Shown in pieces: positions 1-9,997 of a DNA stretch of 64,000 nucleotides. The number at the start of each line of letters is the position of its first letter. Position 1 is the stretch's first letter. The stretch covers positions 352,001 through 416,000 of the forward strand of contig CAWBEI010000002.1 in assembly GCA_963787835.1 (NCBI GenBank), written 5' to 3'. Source of the stretch: Ignavibacteriota bacterium. GTDB lineage: Bacteria > Bacteroidota > Ignavibacteria > Palsa-1295. The notes under the pieces are model-generated. The model was not told where the DNA came from and did no database searches. It saw only the letters and a program-made list of their open reading frames with translations. A program made the position numbers and the translations under genes.

Positions 1-72
1 GGGCGGGGGATCGAACCCCGCTCCTCTGGATCGAAAGTCCAGTGACCTACTGCCAAGTTAGTCTATCCCGCT
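1..72 (-). tRNA. tRNA-Glu(TTC)-like gene, 3' end cut by the window edge; atypical
   Basis: Reverse complement folds as a cloverleaf: AGCGGGA-TA-GACT..GGTC D arm, anticodon arm CTGGA-CTTTCGA-TCCAG, T arm CGGGG-TTCGATC-CCCCG. Confidence 0.75.
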
Positions 73-332
73 GTTGAACTTAAAGGAATTGACCGAGTAA
101 GCCGCCAAGCTTTTACCCGGTCTTTTTCGTTTAAGTGCACCCAACTAACCTTAACGGGTTCGAAAAGATTCATTAGTTAAATGGAAATAATGTAGTTAAA
201 ATTTTAACGCCTCATTTCAGCAACAACAACTCGAAGCGTAAGACGTAGCTCAATACAGTTTTCAGCGCGTCAGATAAGGACGGAATCGACCCGAACGCGC
301 CTGTATGACAATGAATAATTCCCACCACAGAT

Positions 333-566
333 TCAATCTGTTTTCTTCTTCCACCGGGCTTTAGCCGCTTTTTTAGCAATCTCAGACCGCTTCTCGGCAC
401 TTAGACGGGTCGCCCGAAGCTTTCCGCCCTCAGAACCCTTTTTTACGAATACTTCGCGGGGAATGGCTGTTTCTTCCTCGGTAGGCTCTATTTGACCCGT
501 TGCATATTGCATGATCTTAAAAGCGCGTTGGTTTGGGTCACGGGGTAGTTTTTTGGGTTTTATCAT
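333..566 (-). CDS. Small basic protein (PRDPNQ...GG..RA..L..E.RSEIAKKAA.ARW type), often found beside IS1/IS1595-type transposases
   Basis: 77-aa ORF with recognisable motifs; lies next to a putative IS terminal repeat. Confidence 0.7.
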   Translation of the reverse strand: MIKPKKLPRDPNQRAFKIMQYATGQIEPTEEETAIPREVFVKKGSEGGKLRATRLSAEKRSEIAKKAAKARWKKKTD

Positions 567-631
567 AACCCCTTAACGTTGCTTAGGGGGTAAGCATTGC
601 TATAAAAAGTATAAAACACGAAACAATGGTT

Positions 632-650
632 CCGAAAATGAGCCACTACC
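632..650 (-). mobile_element. Putative IS1-family terminal inverted repeat (GGTAGTGGCTCATTTT); element would extend left of the window
   Basis: Sequence ...aaaatgagccactacc ends at 650 and resembles IS1-family ends; partner IR and transposase not in window. Confidence 0.45.
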
Positions 651-791
651 TGAATTGTCATTTAATGAACTCACCTCTTTCTTTCATGAACTTATGCAAT
701 ATTTGTTCTTCCAGAAATAGGTGCTCTTAATACCACTCTCTAATATACGACACTTTTCCCAGACGCCACGAAATTCGAAATTTTCTTTGAC

Positions 792-1046
792 CTCGGAGGC
801 AGACGGCTCAAGCCATGCGGTGTAGCCTTGACCTTTAGGTCACAGTGTGATTTCTTTGTGCTCCGCGACCGTGGCCTGAAGGTCACGGCTATGCCGCTTC
901 TTTCATTGGGGCGTGATTTGATCTGAGCCAATCATCGAAACCATCACACGAATCACATAAATCATAGTTCAGACTCGGAGGCGGACGACGCAAGCCGAGC
1001 AGTGTAGACGTGACCTACAGGTCACGGTATAAATTCTTTGCGCTCC
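792..1046. repeat. GTAG-type REP cluster: ~75-bp imperfect direct repeat (792-866, 974-1046) containing REP doublet 822-892
   Basis: gtagccttgacctttaggtcac...gtggcctgaaggtcacggcta and gtagacgtgacctacaggtcacgg. Confidence 0.65.
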
Positions 1047-1201
1047 GGTCATAAATCCCCGCACGGACTGCTCCGCTCCCATATCTTCCACCACCGCGCG
1101 TTTAAATGTGGTTCGTCCGAGTGTTAGGATTGCCCTGAGCCTGTCGAACGGGTCTGGGAACCTGGGGCGTTCGGTGCCGTTCTTGAGTCCTCCAGCCTCC
1201 C

Positions 1202-1297
1202 GCTCCGTAGGAGCGCAATATTTGTAGCCCCCGGTTTCAACCGGGGGTTGAGGAGGGCACAGGAATCATAAGCTCCGGAGGAGCGGCATATCACCCC
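1202..1297. repeat. Left compound palindromic inverted repeat of the Y1 transposase element
   Basis: gctccgtaggagc..tgtagcccccggtttcaaccggggg..agctccggaggagc..atatcaccc; imperfect reverse complement of 1760-1858. Confidence 0.8.
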
Positions 1298-1758
1298 AGC
1301 GCGGTAAAATCGAACAAGTATCGTTCATCGTATGGAATACCAAACGCTTCGAGCAGCGCAATATACTCCTCACGGAATGTATGCTTTTTATGATGCGCTT
1401 CCTGATTCTGAATGTACGCGATGACATGGTCTAATTGGGAACGCGAATAGGAGAATGCGCCAAAACCCTCCTGCCAACAAAAATGCCGCGTCATCCACGA
1501 CTGCTCGTTCAGCCAGAGCGTTGAACTCGCCTTGATGTGCTTGACAAGATCCGAGATCGATTGATCGGGCTTCAAGCCAACCAGAATGTGGATATGATCC
1601 GGCTCGTTTTCAATTGCAATGAGTTTATGTTTGTGATTTTGAATGATACCCGTAATGTATTTTTGAAGTTCCTCTTTATGCTCGCGTGGGATGAGGTTTT
1701 CACGACCTTTGACAGCAAAAACAAGATGAATATAAAGTTGTGTGTAGGTATTGGCCAT
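1291..1758 (-). CDS. tnpA: IS200/IS605-family Y1 (HUH) transposase, RAYT-like
   Basis: YIHLVFAVK, DHIHIL (HUH), WQEGFGAFS, YI.NQ..HH (catalytic Tyr); no tnpB. Confidence 0.92.
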   Translation of the reverse strand: MANTYTQLYIHLVFAVKGRENLIPREHKEELQKYITGIIQNHKHKLIAIENEPDHIHILVGLKPDQSISDLVKHIKASSTLWLNEQSWMTRHFCWQEGFGAFSYSRSQLDHVIAYIQNQEAHHKKHTFREEYIALLEAFGIPYDERYLFDFTALG

Positions 1759-1759
1759 T

Positions 1760-1882
1760 TGGGTGATATTACGCTCCTACGGAGCTAAGGGGTATTATTC
1801 GTGCTCCGCAACCCCCGATTAAAATCGGGGGCTACAAAGATTAGGCTCCTAATGGAGCCATGTAATATTCCGCTCCTGGAGC
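1760..1882. repeat. Right compound inverted repeat of the Y1 element plus one extra REP (1865-1882)
   Basis: gggtgatattacgctcctacggagc..aacccccgattaaaatcgggggctaca..gctcctaatggagc. Confidence 0.8.
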
Positions 1883-2009
1883 TTAAAATCGCTCAAATTT
1901 TCTCCTGCACAATTCATAAAAATTTTCCAGTGCCATTTACGGCACCTTTGTGATTTGGTGCGGTGTTCCTGAATTCGGACTTATTTACGAAAACGGGTGT
2001 TCCACCCTG

Positions 2010-2044
2010 ACCACCCCCCAGCCCCCTCCTTGAAAAGGAGGGGG
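2010..2044. repeat. Family A palindrome (CCACCCCCC-CCCCCTCCT-n-AGGAGGGGG), intergenic copy upstream of recA
   Basis: Same element at 10120, 19926, 42682, 52155, 52404. Confidence 0.8.
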
Positions 2045-2079
2045 TAATAAAAATCTTTTAATCGGAAAGCACTTAAACT

Positions 2080-3168
2080 ATGCAAGACACAGCAACGAGA
2101 GACGCGCGTAAGAAAGCACTCACGATCGCGATGGACGCGATCGAGAAAAATCACGGCAAGGGATCGGTCATGCGATTGGGCGATCAGCCGCATGTGAAAG
2201 TGGATGTGATCCCCACCGGCTCGCTTTCCATCGATGCTGCGATCGGCATTGGCGGCGTGCCGCGCGGCCGCGTGATCGAGATCTTCGGACCGGAATCCTC
2301 CGGTAAAACCACGCTGTGCCTGCATATCATCGCGGAAGCGCAAAAGCGCGGCGGAAACGCTGCTTTTATCGATGCCGAGCATGCACTCGATGTGAATTAC
2401 TCGAAGCGTCTCGGCGTGAATGTGGATGAGCTTATTCTCTCGCAGCCTGAATTTGGCGAACAGGCGCTTGATATTCTTGAACAGCTTGTGCGTTCGGCTG
2501 CGCTCGATGTCATTGTTGTCGATTCCGTTGCCGCGCTTACGCCTCGCGCAGAAATTGAAGGCGAAATGGGCGATGCGCAGATGGGATCTCATGCGCGGCT
2601 TATGTCGCAGGCCATGCGGAAAATTACGGCCGTTATCGGCAAATCCGGTACGACGGTTATCTTCACCAATCAATTACGCTCAAAGATCGGCGTGATGTAT
2701 GGCAATCCCGAAACAACGACGGGCGGCAATGCGCTGAAATTTTATGCCTCGGTGCGCCTGGATATTCGCCGCCGCGATGTCATTAAAGAAGGCACGGAAA
2801 TTATTGGCAATCGCGTGCGCGTGAAAGTCGTGAAGAACAAACTTGCGCCGCCATTCCGCGAAGTGGAGTTCGATGTGCTCTACAACGAAGGCATCTCGAA
2901 AATGGGCGATATGATCGATGTTGGCATCGAGAACGACATCATTCAGAAATCAGGCTCGTGGTTCTCCTTCGAAGGCGAGCGCATCGGCCAGGGACGCGAA
3001 TCTGTCAAGGCATTCCTGAAAGAAAATGCGGATTCCTTCGCAAAAGTTGAGAAAGCTGTGAGGAAAAAACTTGGTATCGAGATCGAAGGAATCGCCGGCA
3101 ACCTTGCGACGAATGGTGCCGTCGCAGCGGGCGGGGTGATCGAGGAGAAGAAAAAGAGGGCCACCTGA
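2080..3168 (+). CDS. recA: Recombinase RecA
   Basis: [43 protein letters not shown]. Confidence 0.99.
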   Translation: MQDTATRDARKKALTIAMDAIEKNHGKGSVMRLGDQPHVKVDVIPTGSLSIDAAIGIGGVPRGRVIEIFGPESSGKTTLCLHIIAEAQKRGGNAAFIDAEHALDVNYSKRLGVNVDELILSQPEFGEQALDILEQLVRSAALDVIVVDSVAALTPRAEIEGEMGDAQMGSHARLMSQAMRKITAVIGKSGTTVIFTNQLRSKIGVMYGNPETTTGGNALKFYASVRLDIRRRDVIKEGTEIIGNRVRVKVVKNKLAPPFREVEFDVLYNEGISKMGDMIDVGIENDIIQKSGSWFSFEGERIGQGRESVKAFLKENADSFAKVEKAVRKKLGIEIEGIAGNLATNGAVAAGGVIEEKKKRAT

Positions 3169-3207
3169 ACCGGGATTTATGAGATGAATGGGATGTTTGG
3201 GATGGGT

Positions 3208-4182
3208 ATGAAACGATATCTTTTCATAATAGCAATTTTCGCATCATCCTGCTCGTCGAGTTCGACCTCACCAGGATCGGCTCCAAGCTATGGTTCGGGA
3301 GAGTTTGGTTTCACTGTGAACGGCCAGACCGTGGATCGTATCGGGGATGATAAAGGTACGGCCGCTTCGGCGACAATTGCAAGCAATTCTTGGCTAACAA
3401 TATCACTCACATACCCCGGTGAGCTACGAGGTTATGCAATGAATGGTGTAAACATAAGCCTGAAAATGTGGCAATTACGCACGGGCACTCTTGAAGTGAA
3501 AGGCAAATATAATCCTGTAACGCCGCAAGATTCAAATTGCGCAATTCCTTCGCTGCAGTATGTCGGTGTGGACGAATCAGTAGTTAGTACCTACCCGCAA
3601 GGGAGTGTGACTATAACGAAGATAGATACTTTGAATAACCTTGTCAGTGGTAGATTCCAATTCATTATAGACGATGCACCACTTCCTTACGATACCGTTA
3701 CCAATGGTTTCTTCAATGATGTTCCAATCATTACGGGTGGCGGAGGTTTTGCTGGATCTCTGTCTGGAATTCGGAACGATGACAATAATGGGGTATATCG
3801 CGACGACTCATTTCATTCCCCTAAAAATGGGATTGCATCAATAACATGTTACAAAGATGCTGGAACGAAAAATTTAGAAATTCAGGCCAATGTTTATTAT
3901 CCTGACGCAAGCTCTACCTATTTTAACATCACGCTGTACAATGCACAAGACGGATATTTCCCGTTTACCGGATACAGCGGAGGCGCATTCGGACTTTTTT
4001 CAGACAGTAATGGGGCGGATGGTGGCTTTTTCTCTGGTGGCATAACCATCACTAAATTTGATACTGTAAATCACCGATTTTCTGGATCATTTAGCATCAA
4101 TGCATCAGGTGGTGCGGGAGGGGTCACCTTCAATTCAACGTTCCAAGGCACAATCGATAGCGTCCGTTGGTATGATCTTTAG
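3208..4182 (+). CDS. Hypothetical lipoprotein with two repeated beta-rich domains
   Basis: MKRYLF..FASSC lipobox (start moved from 3184); duplicated ITK.DT.N...SG.F motif; AT-richer. Confidence 0.7.
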   Translation: MKRYLFIIAIFASSCSSSSTSPGSAPSYGSGEFGFTVNGQTVDRIGDDKGTAASATIASNSWLTISLTYPGELRGYAMNGVNISLKMWQLRTGTLEVKGKYNPVTPQDSNCAIPSLQYVGVDESVVSTYPQGSVTITKIDTLNNLVSGRFQFIIDDAPLPYDTVTNGFFNDVPIITGGGGFAGSLSGIRNDDNNGVYRDDSFHSPKNGIASITCYKDAGTKNLEIQANVYYPDASSTYFNITLYNAQDGYFPFTGYSGGAFGLFSDSNGADGGFFSGGITITKFDTVNHRFSGSFSINASGGAGGVTFNSTFQGTIDSVRWYDL

Positions 4183-4296
4183 GTTTTCAGACCATTACTC
4201 GACCGATAACCCATCGGCCTACAACGCAAAGTCCATGCTTGCTGTTATGGGATCGACCGTCAATAAGTAAATTTTCAAAAATTGGAGAATATAAAA

Positions 4297-4701
4297 ATGC
4301 TTCGAAGATTACTTCTTATTTCAATTGCATTCACCCTTGTCGCGTGTGCAACGCCTTATGTTAAAAATGCCGGTGGGCTGTTCAGCGGGAGCGGTTATCA
4401 GGATATACCCATCGATTCCACCACCTACCGCATCGTCTTCTACGGAAGCCACGGCGCCACAAGCCTGGAGCAAGTGGATCGGTATGCGTTTTACCGTTCC
4501 GCAGAGCTAACAGAAGAAAAAGGCTACGATTATTTCATCATCCAGCAAAGTGGCGCGGATGAAAAGAATCGCATCGCGTGGAATACCGTACGCATGTTCA
4601 AAGGCCAGCCTCCTGAAAACGATTTTGCCACGTTCGATGCGCGAACGGTCATAAGGGAAATGGCCCCGTACATTCAGCGAGGCGAGGAAGGAGCTAAATA
4701 G
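4297..4701 (+). CDS. Lipoprotein, CC0125/CC1285-like, paralog 1
   Basis: LVAC lipobox; GY.D......Y.I.F.G, YA.YRSAELT..KGYDYF. Confidence 0.75.
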   Translation: MLRRLLLISIAFTLVACATPYVKNAGGLFSGSGYQDIPIDSTTYRIVFYGSHGATSLEQVDRYAFYRSAELTEEKGYDYFIIQQSGADEKNRIAWNTVRMFKGQPPENDFATFDARTVIREMAPYIQRGEEGAK

Positions 4702-4783
4702 TCGGTATCCCATGTTTTGATTTTGTATTTGTGCTTTCTTTTCTTCCATTTTTTATTTCTTCAACCATTGCCGCTTTATCCTT

Positions 4784-5318
4784 ATGAAAAACAAACAGAG
4801 TGTCATCGCCGTGTTAGGGATCGGATTGTTGTTCTTAGCTTCCTGCGCTACAAAGTACGCACCAGCCACTGGCTCGTTTTGGGACGGCCATACCGGTTAT
4901 TCCGAGATCCCGCTCGATAGCACTATCTACCAAGTCACGTTCTGTGGTAATAATAATACCACAGATGAAGTTGTAAACCGGTATGCCCTTTACCGCTGTG
5001 CGGAACTTACCTCGCAGCGCGGGTTCGATTACTTCGAGGTACTCGATAATAACGATGTCGCCGCGATCACCTCGACCGTCAATCATAATAATACGCAGAA
5101 GACGGAAGTGGAGCACAAGGTCGATCCGCAAACCGGCAGAGTTGTCCCGGTGACCGTTACCACCAATAATGGAAGTTCCACCGTAACCACACAAGCTGCG
5201 CACACGGTAACGAAAACCATTCGGATGTTCCAGGGGGACCGTCCGGGCAGAAGACCCTAATGCCTTCGACGCCAAATCCATGGTTACAATGATGGCGCCG
5301 AGCATTCAGCGTCCATAA
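4784..5318 (+). CDS. Lipoprotein paralog 2, frameshifted near 5245-5260
   Basis: ORF stops at 5260; +1 frame continues PNAFDAKSMVTMMAPSIQRP* to 5318, matching the paralog C-termini. Confidence 0.75.
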
Positions 5319-5339
5319 GAACGCAATCCTATCCTTGCC

Positions 5340-5759
5340 ATGAAAGGACTAGCACTTTTTCTATTATTCTGTTGCGGGCTACTGTTTTCTGCATGCTCCT
5401 CGCCCACGAGATACGCTGCCAATCCCGATCCCGCGCTTGGCAATTACGGTTATAGCGAGGTGCAGGAAGACTCCACAAGGTTCCAGGTTACCTTTGCTGC
5501 AAATTACCAGACACCGACGCAAACGGTAGATCAATACGCCCTTTACCGCTGTGCAGAGCTGACGGTACAACGCGGATTCGATTATTTTATCGTACTTCAC
5601 TCAAAGAATTCTACCTATCTGCTGGGCCGTCGCCGCGAACCTTCGACCACCAAGACCATCCGGATGTTCTTGGGCGAAAGTCCAAAAAGAAATCCGAACG
5701 CCTACGATGCAAAGACCCTGTTGGGCGTGATGGGCCCGAGCATCGAACGCGGAGATTGA
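5340..5759 (+). CDS. Lipoprotein paralog 3
   Basis: FSAC lipobox; YALYRCAELTVQRGFDYF; TKTIRMF..PNAYDAK. Confidence 0.75.
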   Translation: MKGLALFLLFCCGLLFSACSSPTRYAANPDPALGNYGYSEVQEDSTRFQVTFAANYQTPTQTVDQYALYRCAELTVQRGFDYFIVLHSKNSTYLLGRRREPSTTKTIRMFLGESPKRNPNAYDAKTLLGVMGPSIERGD

Positions 5760-5762
5760 GGT

Positions 5763-6431
5763 ATGGAAGGCCGCATCACGTCGATCGTCCGGCAAAAGAA
5801 GGATAAAGCTCGCGCCTCGATCTTCTTGGATGAGGAATTTGCATTTGGTGTTTGCGATCAGACCGTCGAACAGTTCCGTCTTCGAAAAGGCGATTACATC
5901 GATCGTGAGATATTCGAAAAGATCACGCAGTTCGATCTTTTTGTGGAATCCAAACGCATTGCCCTCGCCTATTTGAATTACCGCGCCCGCAGCGAGAAAG
6001 AGATCCGTGAGCGGCTTCAAAAAGAAGACATTCCGGAACCCATCCTTTTACAAGTCCTGGAATTCCTGAAGGAACATAACCTGATCGACGATGAAGCGTG
6101 GTCCAAGTCCTTTGTGAACGATAAATTGATTCGGAAGCCGGTGTCTTCAAAACAATTAGCGTATGGCTTAGCCCAAAAGGGAGTATCGAAAGAAGTGATC
6201 GAAGAGACGATCACGGGTCTGAATGCGAACGAAAGCGACGAAAGCCGTGCGATGCGTGCCGCCGAAAAACGCTGGCCTCGCATTCTGAAAACTGAACCCG
6301 ACCCTCGAAAACAAAAGCAGAAACTCTACACTTTTCTCGCCGGACGTGGGTTCTCGTTTGAGACAATCAATGAAGTATATAAAAAAATTGCCATGGACGC
6401 AAAGGATAGCATGGACGATGGAGATGTTTGA
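5763..6431 (+). CDS. recX: Regulatory protein RecX
   Basis: AL.YLNYRARSEKEIRERL, L.QKGV, FLAGRGFS; downstream of recA. Confidence 0.92.
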   Translation: MEGRITSIVRQKKDKARASIFLDEEFAFGVCDQTVEQFRLRKGDYIDREIFEKITQFDLFVESKRIALAYLNYRARSEKEIRERLQKEDIPEPILLQVLEFLKEHNLIDDEAWSKSFVNDKLIRKPVSSKQLAYGLAQKGVSKEVIEETITGLNANESDESRAMRAAEKRWPRILKTEPDPRKQKQKLYTFLAGRGFSFETINEVYKKIAMDAKDSMDDGDV

Positions 6432-6470
6432 TCGCCCCATCATTCATCTTTCATCATTCAACATTGCCCC

Positions 6471-7424
6471 ATGACCCTCGCTCGCGGCATATTTATTTTT
6501 CTCGGGGCGCTGATATTTTCTGCGCTGTTGTGGGCATACGTTCGGCTTTCAGCGGCTTACGAGGCGGATGTCGATCTGCCGATGAAACTCACCGCGCCGA
6601 AAGGATATGCGCTCGCCTCCGGATTACCGGAACGGCTGCACACCCGGGTGCGTGGTGCAGGCTGGCAGATCCTGCTCATGGGTTTTACCAAGAATGCGGA
6701 TTTTCAGCTCGATCTTTCCGAACGCGCCCTTCCGCCGGAAAACATTGTCACGCTGCATTCCGATGAAATTTCGAATGCCGCCGTACTGCCAAGCGAACTG
6801 CGCGTGCTAAAGGTCGAGCCCGATTCACTCGGGCTGCAATTCAGCAAAGCCATCGAAAAACAAGTTCCGATCGAGTCCCGCCTGGAGATCCATCCCGCCA
6901 GAGGTTATACGATCGTGGGTGAACCGGTGATAACCCCCCGAAGTGTTTCGGTACTCGGCGCCATGGAAGTACTCGATTCGCTGAGAACTTTCCCAACGCA
7001 ATCTCTTCGCGTGAACGATGCGAAGGAAGATGTGGATCGTGCGGTACTTCTTTCTGATTCGCTGGATAATTTCATTACGGTAACGAACGCGCCAAAAATT
7101 ACCGTTCATGTTTCCGTGCAAGCCATCGGAGAGCGAAAAGTAAAAGGAGTCCCGGTGACCATCGATGCACTGCCTCCGCAATTCGATCTGCTGCTCATAC
7201 CCGGAACGATAGCTGTCACCGTTCGTGGCGGCGTCTCGGAACTTGCAAAGCTTACTCCCGCTTCCATCCATGCGCGGGTGCTGTATAACCCGATGCTGCT
7301 CGACACCGCAAGCGTGGTAACCCCGCAAATAGACGTTCCCAAAGGACTGACGTATCTCTCCGCAGATCCTCCCAGTGTGAAGTTCATCCTAAGAAGAAAG
7401 AGCGTCGTTCATGCTGCTCCGTGA
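6471..7424 (+). CDS. YbbR/CdaR-like protein
   Basis: N-terminal TM, then repeated P..V.VRG YbbR-like domains. Confidence 0.75.
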   Translation: MTLARGIFIFLGALIFSALLWAYVRLSAAYEADVDLPMKLTAPKGYALASGLPERLHTRVRGAGWQILLMGFTKNADFQLDLSERALPPENIVTLHSDEISNAAVLPSELRVLKVEPDSLGLQFSKAIEKQVPIESRLEIHPARGYTIVGEPVITPRSVSVLGAMEVLDSLRTFPTQSLRVNDAKEDVDRAVLLSDSLDNFITVTNAPKITVHVSVQAIGERKVKGVPVTIDALPPQFDLLLIPGTIAVTVRGGVSELAKLTPASIHARVLYNPMLLDTASVVTPQIDVPKGLTYLSADPPSVKFILRRKSVVHAAP

Positions 7425-9171
7425 CGCTTCCTTCGTGGTCGTCGATGTGGAAACGACGGGATTAAATGCCGCACAGCACCGCATCACCGAGATAGGGCTG
7501 GTACGGATTGAATCGGGTTCCATCACGGAGTCCTTTCAATCGCTAATCAATCCGGAGCAATACATCTCGCCATTCATCACCCAGCACACGGGAATCACGA
7601 ATGCGATGGTCTATGATAAGCCGAAATTTCGGGAGATCGCGCCGGAGATCCTGAATTTTATTGCACGATCGAATGCACCGGTGCTGGTTGGACACAACGT
7701 AAAGTTCGATCACGGATTTCTTCTGGCATCCTTCGAACGCGCGGGAATTCTCTTCGAAACAATCCAAGGCCCCCTCTGCACATGCCGGCTTGCACGGCGT
7801 TTGCTGCCACAACTTGGAAGCAAATCGCTCAAGAGCGTGCAGGATCATTTCGGAATAAAGAATTCCAGGCAGCATCGCGCATTAGGGGACGCCGAGGCTA
7901 CCGCCAAGATCCTTGCGAATTTCATTGGAATGGTGGGTGACTTAGAGATCGAAACGGTCGAGGATCTTCTGCGCCTGCAATTTGCGAAACCAAATTATGC
8001 ACGCCGCAAAACCAAGCGGGAGCTTTCCTTGCGCGAGAAAGTACGTATGTTCCCGGACCGCCCCGGTGTGTATATGATGACGAGCCGAACCGGCGATGTG
8101 CTCTACGTCGGTAAAGCGAAGAGCCTGCACGAACGCGTTGCTTCCTATTTTATGCAATCGCATACGGAAGGAACCAAGCTCACCCGAATGATGCGCGCCG
8201 TGCAGGATATAACCTACGAAGAAACAGGCAGCGAGCTTTCTGCGCTGTTGTTGGAAAGCAAAAAGATAAAGGAGCTGAATCCGCGGTTCAATTCGCTCGA
8301 TAGGCGGTACAAACCGCAAAGTTTTATCCGGCTGGATGTGCAGAACGAATTTCCGGAACTGACGTTCATTCGGGAACCCGCACCCGATGGCGCAGAATAT
8401 TTCGGCCCATTTCGGTCGCGCGAGGCAGCGGAATCCCTGATGGAGATCCTGAACCATGCGTTCAAACTCCGTGAGTGCGGCGATAAATTTAAGATCGGCG
8501 CTGATGTTCGGCCCTGCTTGTACTACGAGATCGACCGGTGCAATGCACCATGCGCGCTTTTGCAAACAAAAGAATCCTATCGCGAGGAAGTAAAACGCCT
8601 GCAAGAATTCCTTGCCGCTGGAGACGAAGGAATTTTAGCGCACATCGAGGCGATGATGCGTGAGGCATCCGATAAGTTGGATTTCGAGGAAGCCCTATTC
8701 TATAAAGATCGGCTTTTTGAACTCCGCCGCGTGCTTGGCAATGGTGATAGACCCTCGGCCAGCCTTAGCGCAAATGATTTTGTCTTGATGAACCCACTCA
8801 ATGCCTCGGAATGCGAGATATATTTTGTCCGTTTCGGGCAATTGATGAAACAAATGGTTCTCGGCGCTGGGCATCTTGCCATTGCGGAGCAATGGTTCTC
8901 GCGTCAGCTTCGCATGTATTACGGTGCAACGTCCTCGTTGCCACCCTCGGCCGGCAAACCCGAGATCGACGAAATGCGCATCCTTTCCCGATGGGTAGAA
9001 TCCAGCAAGAAAAAAGGTAGCCGCGTGGTGTATCTGAGCGAACCATGGGAACATTCCGTCAAGAAATTAGTCGAAGAGTTGAGATCGATCCTTGTGGAAT
9101 CACAGAAAGAATTATCACAATCACGATCGAGTCAGCGTAAGCTTCTGCTTAAGCCCATGAAAACAGCCTAA
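7411..9171 (+). CDS. DEDDh (DnaQ-like) exonuclease fused to a UvrC/Cho-like GIY-YIG nuclease
   Basis: VVDVETTG, HN.KFD, HRALGDA; PGVY..LYVGKAKSL..RV.SYF; Cys cluster; UVR-like helix. Confidence 0.9.
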   Translation: MLLRDASFVVVDVETTGLNAAQHRITEIGLVRIESGSITESFQSLINPEQYISPFITQHTGITNAMVYDKPKFREIAPEILNFIARSNAPVLVGHNVKFDHGFLLASFERAGILFETIQGPLCTCRLARRLLPQLGSKSLKSVQDHFGIKNSRQHRALGDAEATAKILANFIGMVGDLEIETVEDLLRLQFAKPNYARRKTKRELSLREKVRMFPDRPGVYMMTSRTGDVLYVGKAKSLHERVASYFMQSHTEGTKLTRMMRAVQDITYEETGSELSALLLESKKIKELNPRFNSLDRRYKPQSFIRLDVQNEFPELTFIREPAPDGAEYFGPFRSREAAESLMEILNHAFKLRECGDKFKIGADVRPCLYYEIDRCNAPCALLQTKESYREEVKRLQEFLAAGDEGILAHIEAMMREASDKLDFEEALFYKDRLFELRRVLGNGDRPSASLSANDFVLMNPLNASECEIYFVRFGQLMKQMVLGAGHLAIAEQWFSRQLRMYYGATSSLPPSAGKPEIDEMRILSRWVESSKKKGSRVVYLSEPWEHSVKKLVEELRSILVESQKELSQSRSSQRKLLLKPMKTA

Positions 9172-9172
9172 T

Positions 9173-9254
9173 TGTCATTCCCGCGAAAGAGGGAATCCAG
9201 ATCTTGAATGTCATCTCATTTCGGGTCTGGATTCCAGCTTTCGCGGGAATGACA
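9173..9254. repeat. Family C palindrome doublet (TGTCATTCCCGCG..GGGAATCCA / TGGATTCC..GCGGGAATGACA), 82 bp
   Basis: Second 82-bp copy at 55662-55743. Confidence 0.85.
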
Positions 9255-9388
9255 TGATTGGCAAAATTTTCGTGCGACTTTAGGGCTGCTCATGTCTCTT
9301 ATCTCCAAATCCGAAGAATGGTGACCGGTCATTATCCTCGGGCTAACACACACCATAGGTGCTACTTGACCATTGGTGCTAACACAGC

Positions 9389-9997
9389 ATGACACTACAG
9401 GCAGCGAGCATTTCGGCTCGCGATAGCGAGAAGCACACGCGATTCATGGCCCTATTGGAGCCGTGCCTTGCGAAGCTTTCCCGTTACTGCCATGCGATGA
9501 CAAAGGATGTCGAGGATGGACGCGATCTGCTATCGGATGCGATCCTGCTGGCCTACGAGAACTTCGATAAACTTCGAGCGCCGGAAGCTTTCACGAGCTA
9601 TATCTTCACCACGGCGCGCCGGTTATTTTACCGGCGCGAGCGAAGAAAAAAGTTCTGGGGAGTATTCGGAAGCGAAGCGGAAGCCATCGCAGACGAGCGG
9701 GAACCCACGCCCGAGGTGCGTATAGATCTCGAAGCGCTCGACCGCGCACTGACGCAATTACCCGAAAAACAACGCGAGGCCGTGATACTTTTCGAAATTT
9801 CCGGGCTTTCGCTCGCGGAAATTCGGAACGTGCAGGGCGGATCGCTTTCGGGTGTGAAATCGCGCATTGTACGCGGACGCGAAAAGCTGGCTGAACTGCT
9901 CGGCGAGCGACCGCTCAGGCAGACAAGGACGCCTGCTCCACGTGAGACATCTTTTGAAAGATCGCAAGTCGCTTATATGATGAGGGAGAAACTATGA
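9389..9997 (+). CDS. ECF RNA polymerase sigma factor
   Basis: Region 2 (DLLSDAIL.AYENF..L), region 4 (LPEKQREAVIL..ISGLS..EI..VKSRIVRGREKL). Confidence 0.92.
   Translation: MTLQAASISARDSEKHTRFMALLEPCLAKLSRYCHAMTKDVEDGRDLLSDAILLAYENFDKLRAPEAFTSYIFTTARRLFYRRERRKKFWGVFGSEAEAIADEREPTPEVRIDLEALDRALTQLPEKQREAVILFEISGLSLAEIRNVQGGSLSGVKSRIVRGREKLAELLGERPLRQTRTPAPRETSFERSQVAYMMREKL

Noticed and set aside
1981-2673. 230-aa minus-strand ORF
   Set aside because: Antisense shadow of recA
4297-5759. Diversity-generating retroelement behind the paralogous lipoproteins
   Set aside because: No reverse transcriptase and no adenine-specific TR/VR pair; paralogs are broadly diverged
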